Assembly: GCA_026770705.1 (NCBI GenBank)
Contig: JANJGN010000121.1
Span: 496,001 to 560,000, forward strand
Reading direction: 5' to 3'
Source: Isurus oxyrinchus
Taxonomy: Eukaryota
Length of the DNA stretch: 64,000 bases
This document shows positions 12,530 through 24,814 of this stretch, piece after piece. A model generated the notes under the pieces. The model saw nothing but the letters and a program-made list of their open reading frames with translations, made no database searches and was not told the origin of the DNA. The translations under genes and the position numbers were made by a program. The stretch's first letter is position 1. The number at the start of each line of letters is the position of its first letter.

Positions 12530-13140
12530 ATAAGCTTTTCATAAATGGAGGGATTGAGAACAAACACAGGGAGGTTATGCTGAACATTTATAAAGCTCTG
12601 GTTAGGTCACAGCTAGAGTATTGTGTCCAGTTCTGGTCTCCTCACTTTGGGAAGGAAGTGAGGGTCCTTGAGAGGGTGGGGAGGAGATTGAGCAGAATGG
12701 GTCCAGGGATGAGGGATTTTAGCTACAAGGTTGGGTTGGAGAAGCTGGGGTTGTTCTCCTTGGAGCAAAGGAGATTGAGGGGGGATCTGATCGAGGTGTA
12801 CAAGATGATGATGGGTTTTGATACGGTAGACAAAGAGAAGCTGTTGCCATTAGCTGATGGGACAAGGACTGGGGGACACAGATTGAAGGTTGTGGGCAGT
12901 GGGGGGATGTGAGGAGGAACTTTTTTACACAGCGAGTGGTAATGAGCTGGAACTCGCTGCCTACGAGGATGGTGGAAGTGGAGACGATGAACGATTTCAA
13001 AAGGAAATTGGATGGACACTTGGAAATAAACTTGCAGGGATACGGGGATAGAGCGGGGGAATGGGACTGAGTGGATTGCTCTACACAGAGACAGCATAGA
13101 CTTAATGGGCTGAATGGTCTCCTACTGTGCTGGAATGCCT
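12530..13140 (+). mobile_element. CR1-like LINE 3' fragment
   Basis: YKALVRSQLEYCVQFWSPH...LFSLEQRRLRGDLIEVYK plus 3' tail. Confidence 0.88.
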
Positions 13141-13253
13141 CTCTGATACGAAGGTGATTCTAACCAGGACACTGACCAGTTTGATTACAACTTAACACAA
13201 CATCACACGTTATTTGTCCGCACTGACTGACCAGATTGTTGCTTTACAAAGCT

Positions 13254-13393
13254 TCAAACAGTCTGTCGACTTCCTTTCACTGTTTGTCTCTCCCAGACAC
13301 AGACTCCAGTGATAGTGATAACCACAGCCACAAGGAATATCACAGCTCGTATTCCCAGGATCAGGATCACATGCAGAATCTCTCCTCCACTGT
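13254..13393 (-). CDS. G2 terminal TM exon with intramembrane Arg and short tail (activating type)
   Basis: ttctctag acceptor; phase-1 translation (D)SGGEILHVILILGIRAVIFLVAVVITITGVCVWERQTVKGSRQTV*. Near-identical copy at 59548. Confidence 0.88.
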
Positions 13394-15061
13394 CTAGAGA
13401 ACACACAGAAAGAAATCATCACTGACTCTCCGCTTTCAATCTCTCACTCTGGCTGAACAATCAAGCTTCATATCACTGCAACATTTGCTGTAATATTGAC
13501 CCATCCACTGGGATTCAATGTGGAATGAATGTTTTCATTGTAAACACTCTAAGAGTGGACAATCGGAACTTTCCCCTTAGCGTGGAACATTGGTGAGAAT
13601 GGATCATTGTGCTGTTGGACTCCCTGTCCAATGTTACTCTCCATCGCTGTGTACAGGATTGTGCTGTAGAAAATTCTGGAAACGTTTAGTGCAGGGTGGA
13701 AATCCATCTCGGACGCGTGTGCGAATCGAGCAGAATCGAGATGGACTTCCCCACGGACTTACACCCCCCGCTTAATAAACAGTTCCAATCTTTACCCAGA
13801 GAGAGGGGAGAATGTGGAACTCACTCCCACAGGGATTGGTTGAGGTGAACAGTATCGATGTATTTAAGGGGCAGGAGGGTCGGTAACCAGAGGGACACAG
13901 ATTGACCAACTGGAGGGGGAGATGATGAGAATTTGTTTTGACAGAGCGAGTTGTTGTGATCTGGAAGGTGCTGCCTGAAAGGGCGGTGGAAGCAGATTCA
14001 ATAGGAACTTTCAAAAGGGAAATTGGATAAACACTTGAAGGAGGAAGATGGGGGCAAAGTGGAGTGGTGGTTAGTGGATCTGATTGGATAGAACATTGAA
14101 AGACCTGGCACAGGCACAGTGGGCTGAATGGCCTCCTCCTGTGCTGTATCATTCTCCGCTTCCATGATCTCTCCCCCAGTCAGTAACCACTCCAGATCCC
14201 TCTTGAAGGCGACAGAGAAACAGGAACTACCACACCCACTGACAGCACATTCTCAAGGATCCCTACTCTCTGGGAAAAGATGAACTCCCCAACATCCAGC
14301 CTATTCCTGCTTCCCAGAGAGTGTAAACCCTTCAGGGAGGCACTGAGGAAGTTTTCAATAAAATGAATTATCAAATCTATCATTTGAGAAATAATTTAAT
14401 TCTGATGAACTCACAGCTTGTGTAGCAAACTGGGAAGTGGAGTTGCTTGAAAAGCTGGGAAACACAAGGATTAAGTGCTACAATGCCACCACTGGTGGGA
14501 GACTGTAACTACAGCGTGACGTTTACATAGGCAGTCATCATTATAAACAGGGGCATTGGACATACTGGGAAATATGTGCACTGGAAAGGTGAGTAAATGA
14601 TGTAAGATTTTCACCAGCAGGAATTCTCTAACTAAACCTCTCCACTTCTCTCTTACTCTCAGATACACAAACAAAATCACACAGAATCAGATAAGGAGGA
14701 GTTGGGGCCGGTGATTGTTCGAAGGGTTAGCTTTCAGGAAGCTTCTTAAAGGGAGAGAGAGAGTTGGAGAGGCAGAGAGTATCTGTGAGTGTCTCTATGC
14801 ATCTGAGTGTCTGTAATAGACTTTGTAATTTCCATTTCTTCCATAAACATGATTGGGAACACAAATCCCAGAATCCAGGCCAACTCTCCAGTGCAGTACT
14901 CAGGTAAGCCACAGGGCAGTGTGTGCTAGTGTGTTTGTTTGTGAGTGTGTCTTTGTAATTGCTCATACATGTGTGTCTGCACGTGTCTATTTAGTTCTGT
15001 ATATTTGTGTGTGTTTGTGCAATGTTTGAATCTGAGAGAGATGTTGTCTGTGTACACTCAC

Positions 15062-15214
15062 GTTCCACAGTGACGGTTATGAACCCCTCCACTGCTCCAT
15101 GTTCATTCTCTGCCACACACTGATAGTCTCCAGTGTCCCGATATGTAATGGGAGGAATCACCAACCACAGCTCATTGTTGGAACTTGTTCTGTTCATTTG
15201 GACATTAAGATGTC
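15062..15214 (-). pseudogene. G2 truncated second C2 exon (3' half only)
   Basis: HLNVQMNRTSSNNELWLV...DTGDYQCVAENEHG is retained. The acceptor and 5' half are replaced by unrelated ~180 bp, with an in-frame TGA just upstream. Confidence 0.8.
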
Positions 15215-15537
15215 AGGGCAGGAATCAAGAAGCACGTTCGCAGGATTACCAACAGAAAGTGAACCACAATTTATACTTAATGGGAAGAGAGTGCTGATTG
15301 GTTGGCAAGTGGTCTCTGATAGGTGGACGTGTTGCCATGGAGAATGGTGTGTGCGAGATGTAAACTTTAGACAGCTTGTCTCTTTATTCAGCAATAATCA
15401 AATAAAGATCAATTAACTTCAATCGACTGTGAAGCACTTTGAGAGGTCTGAGAATGTGGACACTGAGAACGGGCTGCACTGTCAGAGGGTCAGCGCTGAG
15501 GGAGTGCTGATGTAGAATGAAAGGTGTATGTACTTAC

Positions 15538-15834
15538 CTTGCACAGTTAGTACGAGGGTCCGCTCCGATGAAACAGATGGATATCTCACTCTGCAGCTGA
15601 GAGTGTGTCCGTGGTGTTTGAGTGATGGGATCAGGGTCAGAACAGAAGTATAGGTCAGAGTGACACCATGCTGAGTTACAGTGTTTGAGACTGATCCAGG
15701 TACGTCAGTGGGAGTGTCCCAGGTTAAGACAGGTGCTGCTGTTCCATTGCACGTTGTGTTGAAGGTGCAGCTTACATCCACACACTTTCCTGCAATAATT
15801 TCAGCAGGGAATATCATGGGTTTATCTGTGAAAT
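15538..15834 (-). CDS. G2 first C2-set Ig exon (297 nt, phase 1-1)
   Basis: gttag/gtaagt; DFTDKPMIFP...VSCTFNTTCNG...LTW...LSCRVRY...LTVQ, Siglec domain-2 pattern. Confidence 0.92.
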
Positions 15835-16693
15835 CTAACAGACAGAGAATGGATCCTTTTAGAGAAATATAACGTGAAGCATCAGTTCAAATAGAAACCA
15901 CAGTCCCACAAGAGAAAGCACTTTTACAAGGATGATATCAGAACTGAGAGGTTACAATGATCAGGAAAGATTTTCTTGCTCTTTGGCAGTAGTGTTTCTG
16001 TCTCTCAGCTTAATACACGTTCACTCCGAGACATGTGAATTGAGAACACTGGATGAGAGAAGAGGCTCAGACCAGAGATTGGAGTTAAAAGCAGAATACT
16101 GTGGATGCTGGAAATCTGAAACAAAAACAAAAATTGCTGGAAAGACTCAGCAGGTCTGACAGTATCAGTGGAGAGGAAGACAGGGTTAACGTTTCGAGTC
16201 CGTATGACTCTTCATCAGACCAGAGGTTTGAGTTCACTGGCTTCTCATTTCCTCAGTGATCTGGGTGATTTATCACCTTGTGGTTTGTTGGATCTTGCTG
16301 TGCACAAACTGCCTGCTGTGTTTTACATCTGTGACTACAATTCAGGAATAATTTCAATGGCTGTGAAGGGATTTGGATCCTCCTGAGGTGGTAAATTGCG
16401 CTACAGAAATGCACATCTTTCTTTTATCGATACGTCAGACTTTTAAACAGGACAGGAGAGATTGATGAGAGTGGATAACCTGATAATACAGTTAATGCTT
16501 TTCATCATTGATATTAAAGTGAGTATTAGAGGTTGCTTTAGGACTGAACTGGCAGCTATCACCAGGTTATTGAGAATCAGATAGCAAGTTATAATAAGCT
16601 GCGTTTTGTGTTAATATGTAAACGTCACAGTTTGTGTTATCTCCCATTGAGTGTTGAATGTGAATTGTTGAGGAATTATAACACAGCACTTAC

Positions 16694-17068
16694 CAGAAAC
16701 ATGAAGCTGGGTTACAGGGTAATAGTTATGGCTCGGACCATTGTCAAATTCTATTCTGAAAAAATAAGGTCCTGCATCTTCCCGTCTGATGTTGTTTATA
16801 ATCAGGGAACAGTCGCCATCTTTCAGGTCTCCACACAGCCGGGTCCGATGGCGGAATCTTTGATCCCTGTGACTGTGACCCTCAGAGTGAAAGGCTATAG
16901 ACCGTTTCGGCTGTGGGTTCCCATCTATTCCTTTCAACCAGATTCCGACACGTGATCTCCCTACGAAATTTGATAAGTAACTGTAATGACATGGAATCTG
17001 TACACAGGAACCTTCCTGCGCTGTCACCTCTCGTGGAGTGTCACCTTTCCACTCTTGTGACAGTCCAA
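16694..17068 (-). CDS. G2 single V-set exon (375 nt)
   Basis: Canonical splice sites, open frame, YFFRIE. Confidence 0.92.
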
Positions 17069-17766
17069 CTGGGGAGAGAAATATCAATATTTAACTCTGG
17101 AAGGTTTGTAGATCCACGAGACTCGATATCCACCCCCTCCATCACTGGGGCACAGTGGCTGCAGTGTGGACCATCTACAGGACACACAAGGAACTCCCCA
17201 AGGTTTCACAACGGATGGAAGAGAATCCTGGACACAGGAGTGGACAAGTTCATTCTACATTGGCTCATGGTCCTCAGGACCCTGTTTAGTGAAGCCAGTC
17301 TTCCACCCAACGGTGTCTACAAGATACACAGGGAAACTGTGTAAACATCTCATCTCTCTACACTGACTGGTTTGAGCTTCAGTTCAACTTTCAGTATTTT
17401 TAAATTTCCATATTGTGGTTGCTATGGTGAAACTGTGCAGGAAGTGTGAGGGCTGGACTCTCTGTCTATTCTCACTGCAGCTGTGACGTGGTCGTGGTGA
17501 TTCTCAGTAAAATGAAACCCTCTCATCTCCTCCATCCCCGAGGTTTAGGGAGTGAATTCCAGAGCTCAGGCCCCAGGCAGCTGAAGGCCCGGCCGCCAGT
17601 ATTGGAGTGATGGGAATCGGGGGATGGTCAAGAGGCCGTATTTGGAGTAACACAGAGATCTGGGACGTTGGTTGGGAGAGTTGCAGGAGGTTACGGAGAT
17701 AGAGATAAGAATGATCTTTTACAAAGACTGTTAAACATAAATCTTCCAAGCTGACGATGATATTAC

Positions 17767-17806
17767 CTTGGAGAAGTGACAGGAGGAAGTAAGATTTCCC
17801 GATCAT
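17767..17806 (-). CDS. G2 leader exon CDS, MIGKSYFLLSLLQ
   Basis: ATG, phase-1 donor gtaat. Confidence 0.87.
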
Positions 17807-18256
17807 TGTCCACTCTCAGATATTTCATCCATTTCTCACTCTCAAGCTGTGAAAGAGAAAGGAGTTAATGAGACCTCACCTCTTGTCCGACAGCACTCAA
17901 GAGATCAGAACTGCTTTGAGACAATGTCTTCACAGACTAATTTGATTCTCTGTGGGATGATAGGTGCTCTGCAGAGAGTTACAAGGCTTTAAGAAAGAAG
18001 AACAATGAAGGATTTGCATTCCTATAGCACCGTTCACCACCTCAGCGCATTCCAAAGCTCATGTCCCTGCTCTTCCCTCATCCCCTGAGCTAGAAAGATG
18101 TTCTGTACAACAGACTTGAGCCTCACATCCAGATCTCAATAATCAGTAGGAATCTTTCAAAGGCATCAATCATTGGAATCTGTCTTTATAAAGTCACAAC
18201 ATCAACAAAGGACGGTGTTGGTGGTGGAAGTGAATTCCAATCGTTCCGTTACTTAC

Positions 18257-18341
18257 CCAGGACCTGTCCGACTGCTTGCCTGGGGAGGAACTGCCCACAC
18301 GCTCTGCTTGGGCTGAATGACCTCTTCCTGTGCTGCTCCCT
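18257..18341 (-). other. G2 85-nt upstream exon; PU.1 motif at 18384-18396
   Basis: Paralog of 10436-10520. Confidence 0.7.
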
Positions 18342-18619
18342 CTGTGTATTTAATTAGAAAGGGTTGATGTGTCTCTGTGAGACAAAATGAGGAAGTTGGA
18401 TCAAAGTGACAGAGCAGCTCATGTTTTGAGATGTTGGTGAGCTGTTAACCGTTTGTGTATTGACCCTGTGGTGATATTTCTGCTCACAGGTGGACAGTCA
18501 TTGACCAGGAGTTTCTCCTGTGGGTCAGTGGGTTTCACAGCCGAATTCAGGGGGTCAGAATGTTGTGGGGTTCAAGACCCGATTCAGGGGACGTCTGCCC
18601 CACAGAGTACACTGAAATT

Positions 18620-18870
18620 CCCCAGTGTCAGTACTGAGGGAGTGCTGCACTGTCGGATGGTCATTACTGAGCGAGTCTTGCACTATTGTAAGGTCAGTAC
18701 TGAGGGAGATCTCCACTATTGGAGGGTCAGTACTGAGGGAGATCTCCACTGTTTGAGGGTCAGTAATGAGGGAGTGCTGCACTGTCAGAGGGACATTAAT
18801 CAGGGAGTGCTGCACTGTTGGAGGATCAGTACTGAGAGAGTGCCGCACTGTTGAAGGGTCAGTATTAAGG
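18620..18870. repeat. 33-bp tandem array
   Basis: Visible units. Confidence 0.85.
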
Positions 18871-18948
18871 TGCTGATTTGCAAGACAGGACAATGGATTA
18901 GGAGCCCTCAGAACTCCCCCCGTGATTTCCAATCATTCTGTTACTTAC

Positions 18949-19033
18949 CCAGGACCTGTCCGACTGCTCGCCTAGGGAGGAACTGCCCACACGCTCTGCT
19001 TGGGCTGAATGACCTCTTCCTGTGCTGCTCCCT
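18949..19033 (-). other. Extra copy of the 85-nt exon upstream of G2
   Basis: Same sequence and donor; PU.1 motif degenerate (GAGGATGT). Confidence 0.65.
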
Positions 19034-19189
19034 CTGTGTGTTTAATTAGAAAGGGTGGATGTGTCTCTGTGAGTCAAAATGAGGATGTGCTTGGTACCAA
19101 GTGAGAAAGCAGCTCTTTGCCTCGCACAGTTAGAAAACTGTTAACCCTTTGCGTGCCAAGAATGTGGATGAAGGGCTATCGACTGTTCA

Positions 19190-21340
19190 CATGCAACAAG
19201 CTCGAGGGACTGAATGGGCCTCCTCCTGTTCCTGAGTAACAGGCTCGAGGGGCTGAACGGTCCTCCTCCTGTTCCTGTGTAACAGGCTTGAGAGGGCTGA
19301 ATGGGTCTCCTCCTGTTCCTGTGTTATAGGCTCAAGGGACTGAATGGGTCTCCTTTTTCTGTGCAACAGGCTCAGGTGGGCTGAATGGCCTCCTTCTCTC
19401 ACTGTGTACCAGGCTCATGGGGCTGAGTGGGCCTCCTCCTGTTCCTGTGTAAAAGGCTAAAGGGGCTGAATTGGCCTTCCCCAGTTCCTGTGTACCAGGC
19501 TCGAGTACATTAGGAGCATCATTGGGAGCAGCATTTCACTTGCACTTCCCTCAATTTAATCTACTGCATTCACTGCTCCCAATGTGGTCTCCTCTACATG
19601 GGACAGACCAAACACAGACTGGGTGATCGCTCTGATGAACACCTTCGGTCTGTCCACAAGCATGACCCAGACCTCCCTGTCGCTTGCCATTTTAACACCC
19701 CACCCTGCTCTCATGCCCACATGTCTGTCCTTGGCCTGCTGCATTGTTCCAGTGAAGCCCAACGCAAACTGGAGGAACAGCACCTCATCTTCCGACCTTC
19801 CCGACTGAATATTGAGTTCAACAATTTCAGATCATGAACTCTCTCCTCCATCCCCACCCCCTTTCCAATCTCCCTTTTTCCAATAATTGATCATTTTTAA
19901 TATTTATTTTATTTATATATTTTTCTTTTCCCACCTATTTCCATTATTTTTAAATGTTTTACATTTGTTGTTGTATCTCTACCTTTTAGCCTATTTCAAT
20001 CCTTTCCCCCACCCCACCCCCACTAGGACTATCTGTCTCTTGCTCGTCCTGCTTTCTACCCTTAATGTCCCCATTAGCACATTCCTCAGATAATATCACC
20101 ACCGTCAACACCCCTTTGTCCTTTTGTCTATCACATCTTTGGCAACCTCTTCTTTACCTCCACCTATCACTGGCCCACAATCCAGCTCTACCTGCCCCAC
20201 CCCCTCTACCAGCTAAAACGTCACCTCATTTCTCGATTTACCTAGTTCAGATGAAGAGTCATACAGACCCAAAACTTCAAGTTGTTCCTCTCCACAGATC
20301 CCGTCAGACCTGCTGAGTTTTTCCAGCTATTTTTGTTTTTGTTCCCGTTCATGTGGAACAGGCTTGAGTGGCTGAATGGAGCCCCTAATGTTCCTCTGTA
20401 ACAAGCTTGTGGAGGCTGAATGGGCCTCCTGTACCTGTGTAACAGGCTCAAGGGGACAGAATGGGCCTCCTCCTCTTCCTGTGTAACAGGCTCGAGGGGG
20501 CTGAATGGGCCTCCTCCTGTTCCTGTGTAACAGGCTCGAGGGGACAGAATGGGCCTCCTCTTGATCCTGTAAAACAGGCACGAGGGACTGCATAGGTTTC
20601 CTATTCTTGTGTAAGAGGGTTGAGAGACTGAATGTGCTCTTCCTGTTCCTGGGTAACAGGCTCAGGTGACTGAATGGCCTCCTCCTGTTCCTGTGTTACA
20701 GGCTCTATGGGGCTGAATAGGACTCCTCCTTTTCCTGTGTAACAGGCTCGAGGGGCTGAGAGGCTCTCCTGTCCCTGTGGAAGGGTGTTGAGGGACTGAA
20801 TGTCCTCTTCCTGTTCCTGTGTAATAGGCTCATGAGGCTGATGGGCCTTCTCCTGTCCTCATGTAACAGGATTGAGTGGCTGAATGGGCCTCCTCCTGTT
20901 CCTGTGCAACAGGCTCGAGGGGCTGAATGGGCCTCCTCCTGTTCCTGTGTAACAGGCTCGAGGGGCTGAATGGGCCTCCTCCTGTTCCTGGGTAACAGGC
21001 TTGAGGGGGCTGAATGGGGCCTCCTCCTGTTCCTGTGTAACAGGCTTGAGCTGCTGAATGTCCTCCTCTCATTAAAAATAAATACTGCAGATGCTGTAAA
21101 TCTAAATAAAATCAGAAAATGCTGCATTAACTCAGCAGGTCTGGCAGCAGCTGTGGAGAGAGAAACAGAGTTTTTTCTTTGAGACTCTGAAGAAGGGTCA
21201 TACGGATTCGAAATGTTAATTCTGTTTATCTCTGCACAGATGCTGCCAGAACTACTCAGTCTCCAGCATTTCTGTTTTTGTTTCAGGTGCTCTCTTGTTC
21301 CTGAGTAGCAGGCTCGAGGGGGCTGAATGGCCTCCTCCTG
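19190..21340. repeat. ~43-bp tandem array (caggctcgaggggctgaatgggcctcctcctgttcctgtgtaa), interrupted
   Basis: Unit matches the CR1-like LINE 3' tail seen at ~1930-1975. Confidence 0.85.
19505..20345 (+). mobile_element. Penelope-like element fragment (GIY-YIG endonuclease plus 3' region)
   Basis: LIYCIHCSQCGLLYMGQTKHRLGDR..EH...PVACHFN...RKLEEQHLIFR; followed by a gatgaagagtcat...gacctgctgag tail that also occurs solo at ~16090-16220, 21080-21285, 31325-31460 and 60770-60865. Confidence 0.8.
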
Positions 21341-22399
21341 TTTCGATTCAATGGGCAGTCAAAGCATGTGTCTGATTTTGGACATGGAACCCAATTCTGT
21401 CCTCAGGACATTGATAGAGGGAGAGACCAGATACAGATCAATGCAGGAGGATTATTTATTTTCCCAATCTTTGATCCAAGCATCTCATCAAACACAGAGC
21501 GGAACCAGGATCGAGTATGTTGGTCTCTGTAATCTGTAACACATCGCACAGTCCACCCGTCCACTCAGCCATCAGGATGGATGCTAATTGTACTCTCCAA
21601 GTGTGAAAGACTAAAATGATGGTTTATTGCAGCTCTGTCTCATTCTGTTATCAAAGCTGTCTCATCCATCCATCACATATTGAAGAAGATAAACCTGCAA
21701 CCAAATTTTCACATCATAATTTCCTATGTTCATTGGCTATATCAATGTAAACATGTCACGTTGTACTGATGAACTCCCATCATTGCTGGCACTGTAGCAC
21801 AAGTTATCCTCTAAGCTGCAGAGAATTTCTCAAATCTCCAATCAAATTGCTTCCCTGTTTCCCAGATTGTTGTTCGTTTCGCTGTTTAACGATGAAGTGT
21901 AAAATCCAAATATATTTCTGAAAATACTTTTGACTACAAAATGCTGAGTAAATTTTAACAATCTCCTCTGCTCCAATTATCCACCGATGCTGCATTTCCT
22001 GAAGTCTACACTGGCTGATGAATATTCTGTAAACACTGACAGACAGGAAGCTGAATAACAGAATGAAAATTAACTCATAATCACGGACACGGGATTGAAT
22101 TTGTCCGTTCTGTCCTGGTACATCATCGAACGATATCTAAAGACATTTACAATCAGAATGGAGAGAAGGATGTTTCCAACAGTGAGGGACAATTCTGAAG
22201 GAGGATGTTCGAATTGAAACCCACAGACAATCATCCTGGATAGATCATTCCGAAGAAATTCCATCAGATTGTAACAAGAGGTTTAAATCTATTTCCTGGG
22301 AGTGAGTTCCTGTGGATATTAGGAAGGTAAATTGGAGTTTTGAATGATTCTCCCATTCTGTATTCTCCCCACACTGTGTGTGTCTCATTCTTGCTCAGT

Positions 22400-22516
22400 T
22401 TATAAATTCCCATAAACAGAATCCTTGGCAAAATCACAGTTTGCGTAAAGATCATCATCTGTATCAGGATTGACTCCGCGGTTAGGTTTCATTTCCAGAA
22501 CCTTTTCATCTTTCTT
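22400..22516 (-). CDS. G3 terminal cytoplasmic exon KKDEKVLEMKPNRGVNPDTDDDLYANCDFAKDSVYGNL*
   Basis: tttctattacag acceptor, phase 0, two Tyr motifs, TAA stop; AATAAA candidate at 21623-21628. Not in the ORF track. Confidence 0.82.
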   Translation of the reverse strand, partial: KKDEKVLEMKPNRGVNPDTDDDLYANCDFAKDSVYGNL

Positions 22517-22614
22517 CTGTAATAGAAACAGAAATGATCAGAGTGACAATCAGAGTGATCAGTGTTTAGTATTATTGATCCAAATCGAAAATTCCACCCA
22601 CAATAGATACATTA

Positions 22615-24580
22615 ATTATTGATACTGAACAGGGTTTGATTATTGATTCTGAACAGTGTTTGATTATTGATTGTGAACAGTGTTTGATTATTGATACTGA
22701 ACGGGGTTTGATTACTGATTCTGAACGGGGTTTGATTATTGATACTGAACGGAGTTTGATTATTGATTCTGAACGGGGTTTGATTATTGATTCTGAACGA
22801 GGTTTGAATATTGACACTGAATGGGGTTTGATTATTGATCCTGAACAGGGTTTGATTATTGATCCTGAAAGGGGTTTGATTATTGATACAGAACAGTGTT
22901 TGATTATTGATACTGAACAGGGTTTGATTATTGATTCTGAACAGTGTTTGATTATTGATACTGAACGGGGTTTGATTATTGATTCTGAACAGGGTTTGAT
23001 TATTGATTCTGAATGGGGTTTGATTATTGATACTGAACGGGGTTTGATTATGGATTCTGAATGGGGTTTGATTATTGATTCTGAATGGGGTTTGATTATT
23101 GATCCTGAACAGGGTTTGATTATTGATTCTGAAAGGGGTTTGATTATTGATTCTGAAAGGGGTTTGATTATGGATTCTGAACGGGGTTTGATTATTGATC
23201 CTGAACAGGGTTTGATTATTGATCCTGAAAGGGGTTTGATTATGGATTCTGAAAGGGGTTTGATTATGGATTCTGAACGGGGTTTGATTATTGATACTGA
23301 ACGGGGTTTGATTATTGATTCTGAAAGGGGTTTGATTATTGATACTGAACGGGGTTTGATTATTGATTCTGAACGGCGTTTGATTATTGATACTGAACGG
23401 GGTTTGATTATTGATTCTGAATGGCGTTTGATTATTGATACTGAACGGGGTTTGATTATTGACATTGAACGGGGTTTGATTATTGATTCTAAATGGTGTT
23501 TGATTATTGATTCTAAACGTTGTTTGATTATTGAACCTGAATGGAGTTTGATTATTGATTCTGAACTGGGGTTGATTATTGATACTTAACGGGGTTTGAT
23601 TATTGACATTGAACGGGGTTTGATTATTGATTCTAAATGGTGTTTGATTATTGATTCTAAACGGTGTTTGATTATTGAATCTGAATGGAGTTTGATTATT
23701 GATACTGAACAGTGTTTGATTATTGATTCTGAACAGTGTTTGATTACTGATTCTGAAAGGGGGTTGATTATTGATACTGAACGGTGTTTGATTATTGATT
23801 CCGAACGGGGTTTGATTATTAATTCTGAACGGGGTTTGATTATTGATACTGAATGGTGTTTGATTATTGATTCTGAATGGGGTTTGATTATTGATTCTAA
23901 ACGGTGTTTGATTATTGAACCTGAACGGAGTTTGATTATTGATACTGAACAGGGTTTGATTATTGATTCTGAAAGGGGGTTGATTATTGATACTGAACGG
24001 GGTTTGATTATTGATTCTGAACGGGGTTTGATTATAGATACTGAATGGTGTTTGATTATTGATTCTGAATGGGGTTTGATTATTGATACTGAACGGGGTT
24101 TGTTTATTAATTCTGAACGGGGTTTGATTATTGATTCTGAACGGGTTTTGATTATTGATACTGAACGGGGTTTGATTATTGATTCTAAACGATGTTTGAT
24201 TATTGAACCTGAACGGAGTTTGATTATTGATTCTGAACAGTGTTTGATTATTGATTCTGAAAGGGGGTTGATTTTTGATACTGAACGGGGTTTGATTATT
24301 AATTCTGAATGGGGTTTGATTATTGATACTGAATGATGTTTGATTATTGATTCTGAACGGGGTTTGATTATTGATACTGAATGGGTTTTGATTATTGATT
24401 CTGAACGGGGTTTGATTATTGATTCTGAACGGGGTTTGAGTATTGATTCTGAACGGGGTTTGATTATTGATACTGAACGGGGTTTGATTATTGATACTGA
24501 ACGGGGTGTGATTATTGATTCTGAACGGGGTTTGATTATTGATACTGATCGGGGTTTGATTATTGATTCTGAACGGTGTT
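22615..24580. repeat. 24-bp minisatellite (ttgattattgattctgaacggggt), roughly 80 copies, in the last intron of G3
   Basis: Directly visible. Confidence 0.97.
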
Positions 24581-24709
24581 GGGTGTGAGTTTGGTTGGGT
24601 TTGGGAGTGACTGTATAAAACATTGCAGATACAGGACTGGAGCAGCCATATCAATAACCAGGGTACTGGAGCAGCTGAGAGGCTGGGGATCCTGTGGTGT
24701 GTGACTCAC

Positions 24710-24814
24710 CTGATTCCTCAAAGCCCAACCACGCTCACAGTTTTCATAAACAGGACCTCGATGTTCATCAGCACGATGGTTCGATTTGATTCCTGCTTTC
24801 ACCTCGCCTCTCTT
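24710..24814 (-). CDS. G3 cytoplasmic exon KRGEVKAGIKSNHRADEHRGPVYENCERGWALRNQ (105 nt, phase 0-0)
   Basis: ctctattacag acceptor, CAG|gtgagt donor, YEN motif, paralogous to the terminal exon. Confidence 0.78.

Noticed and set aside
13210-13422. 70-aa Cys-rich ORF (also 59519-59731) as a defensin-like peptide
   Set aside because: It is an alternative frame of the TM exon, starts inside the polypyrimidine tract, and splice phase selects the TM frame.
22572-24654. 680-aa and other long ORFs on both strands
   Set aside because: Artefacts of a 24-bp unit lacking stops in several frames; the array is intronic to G3.
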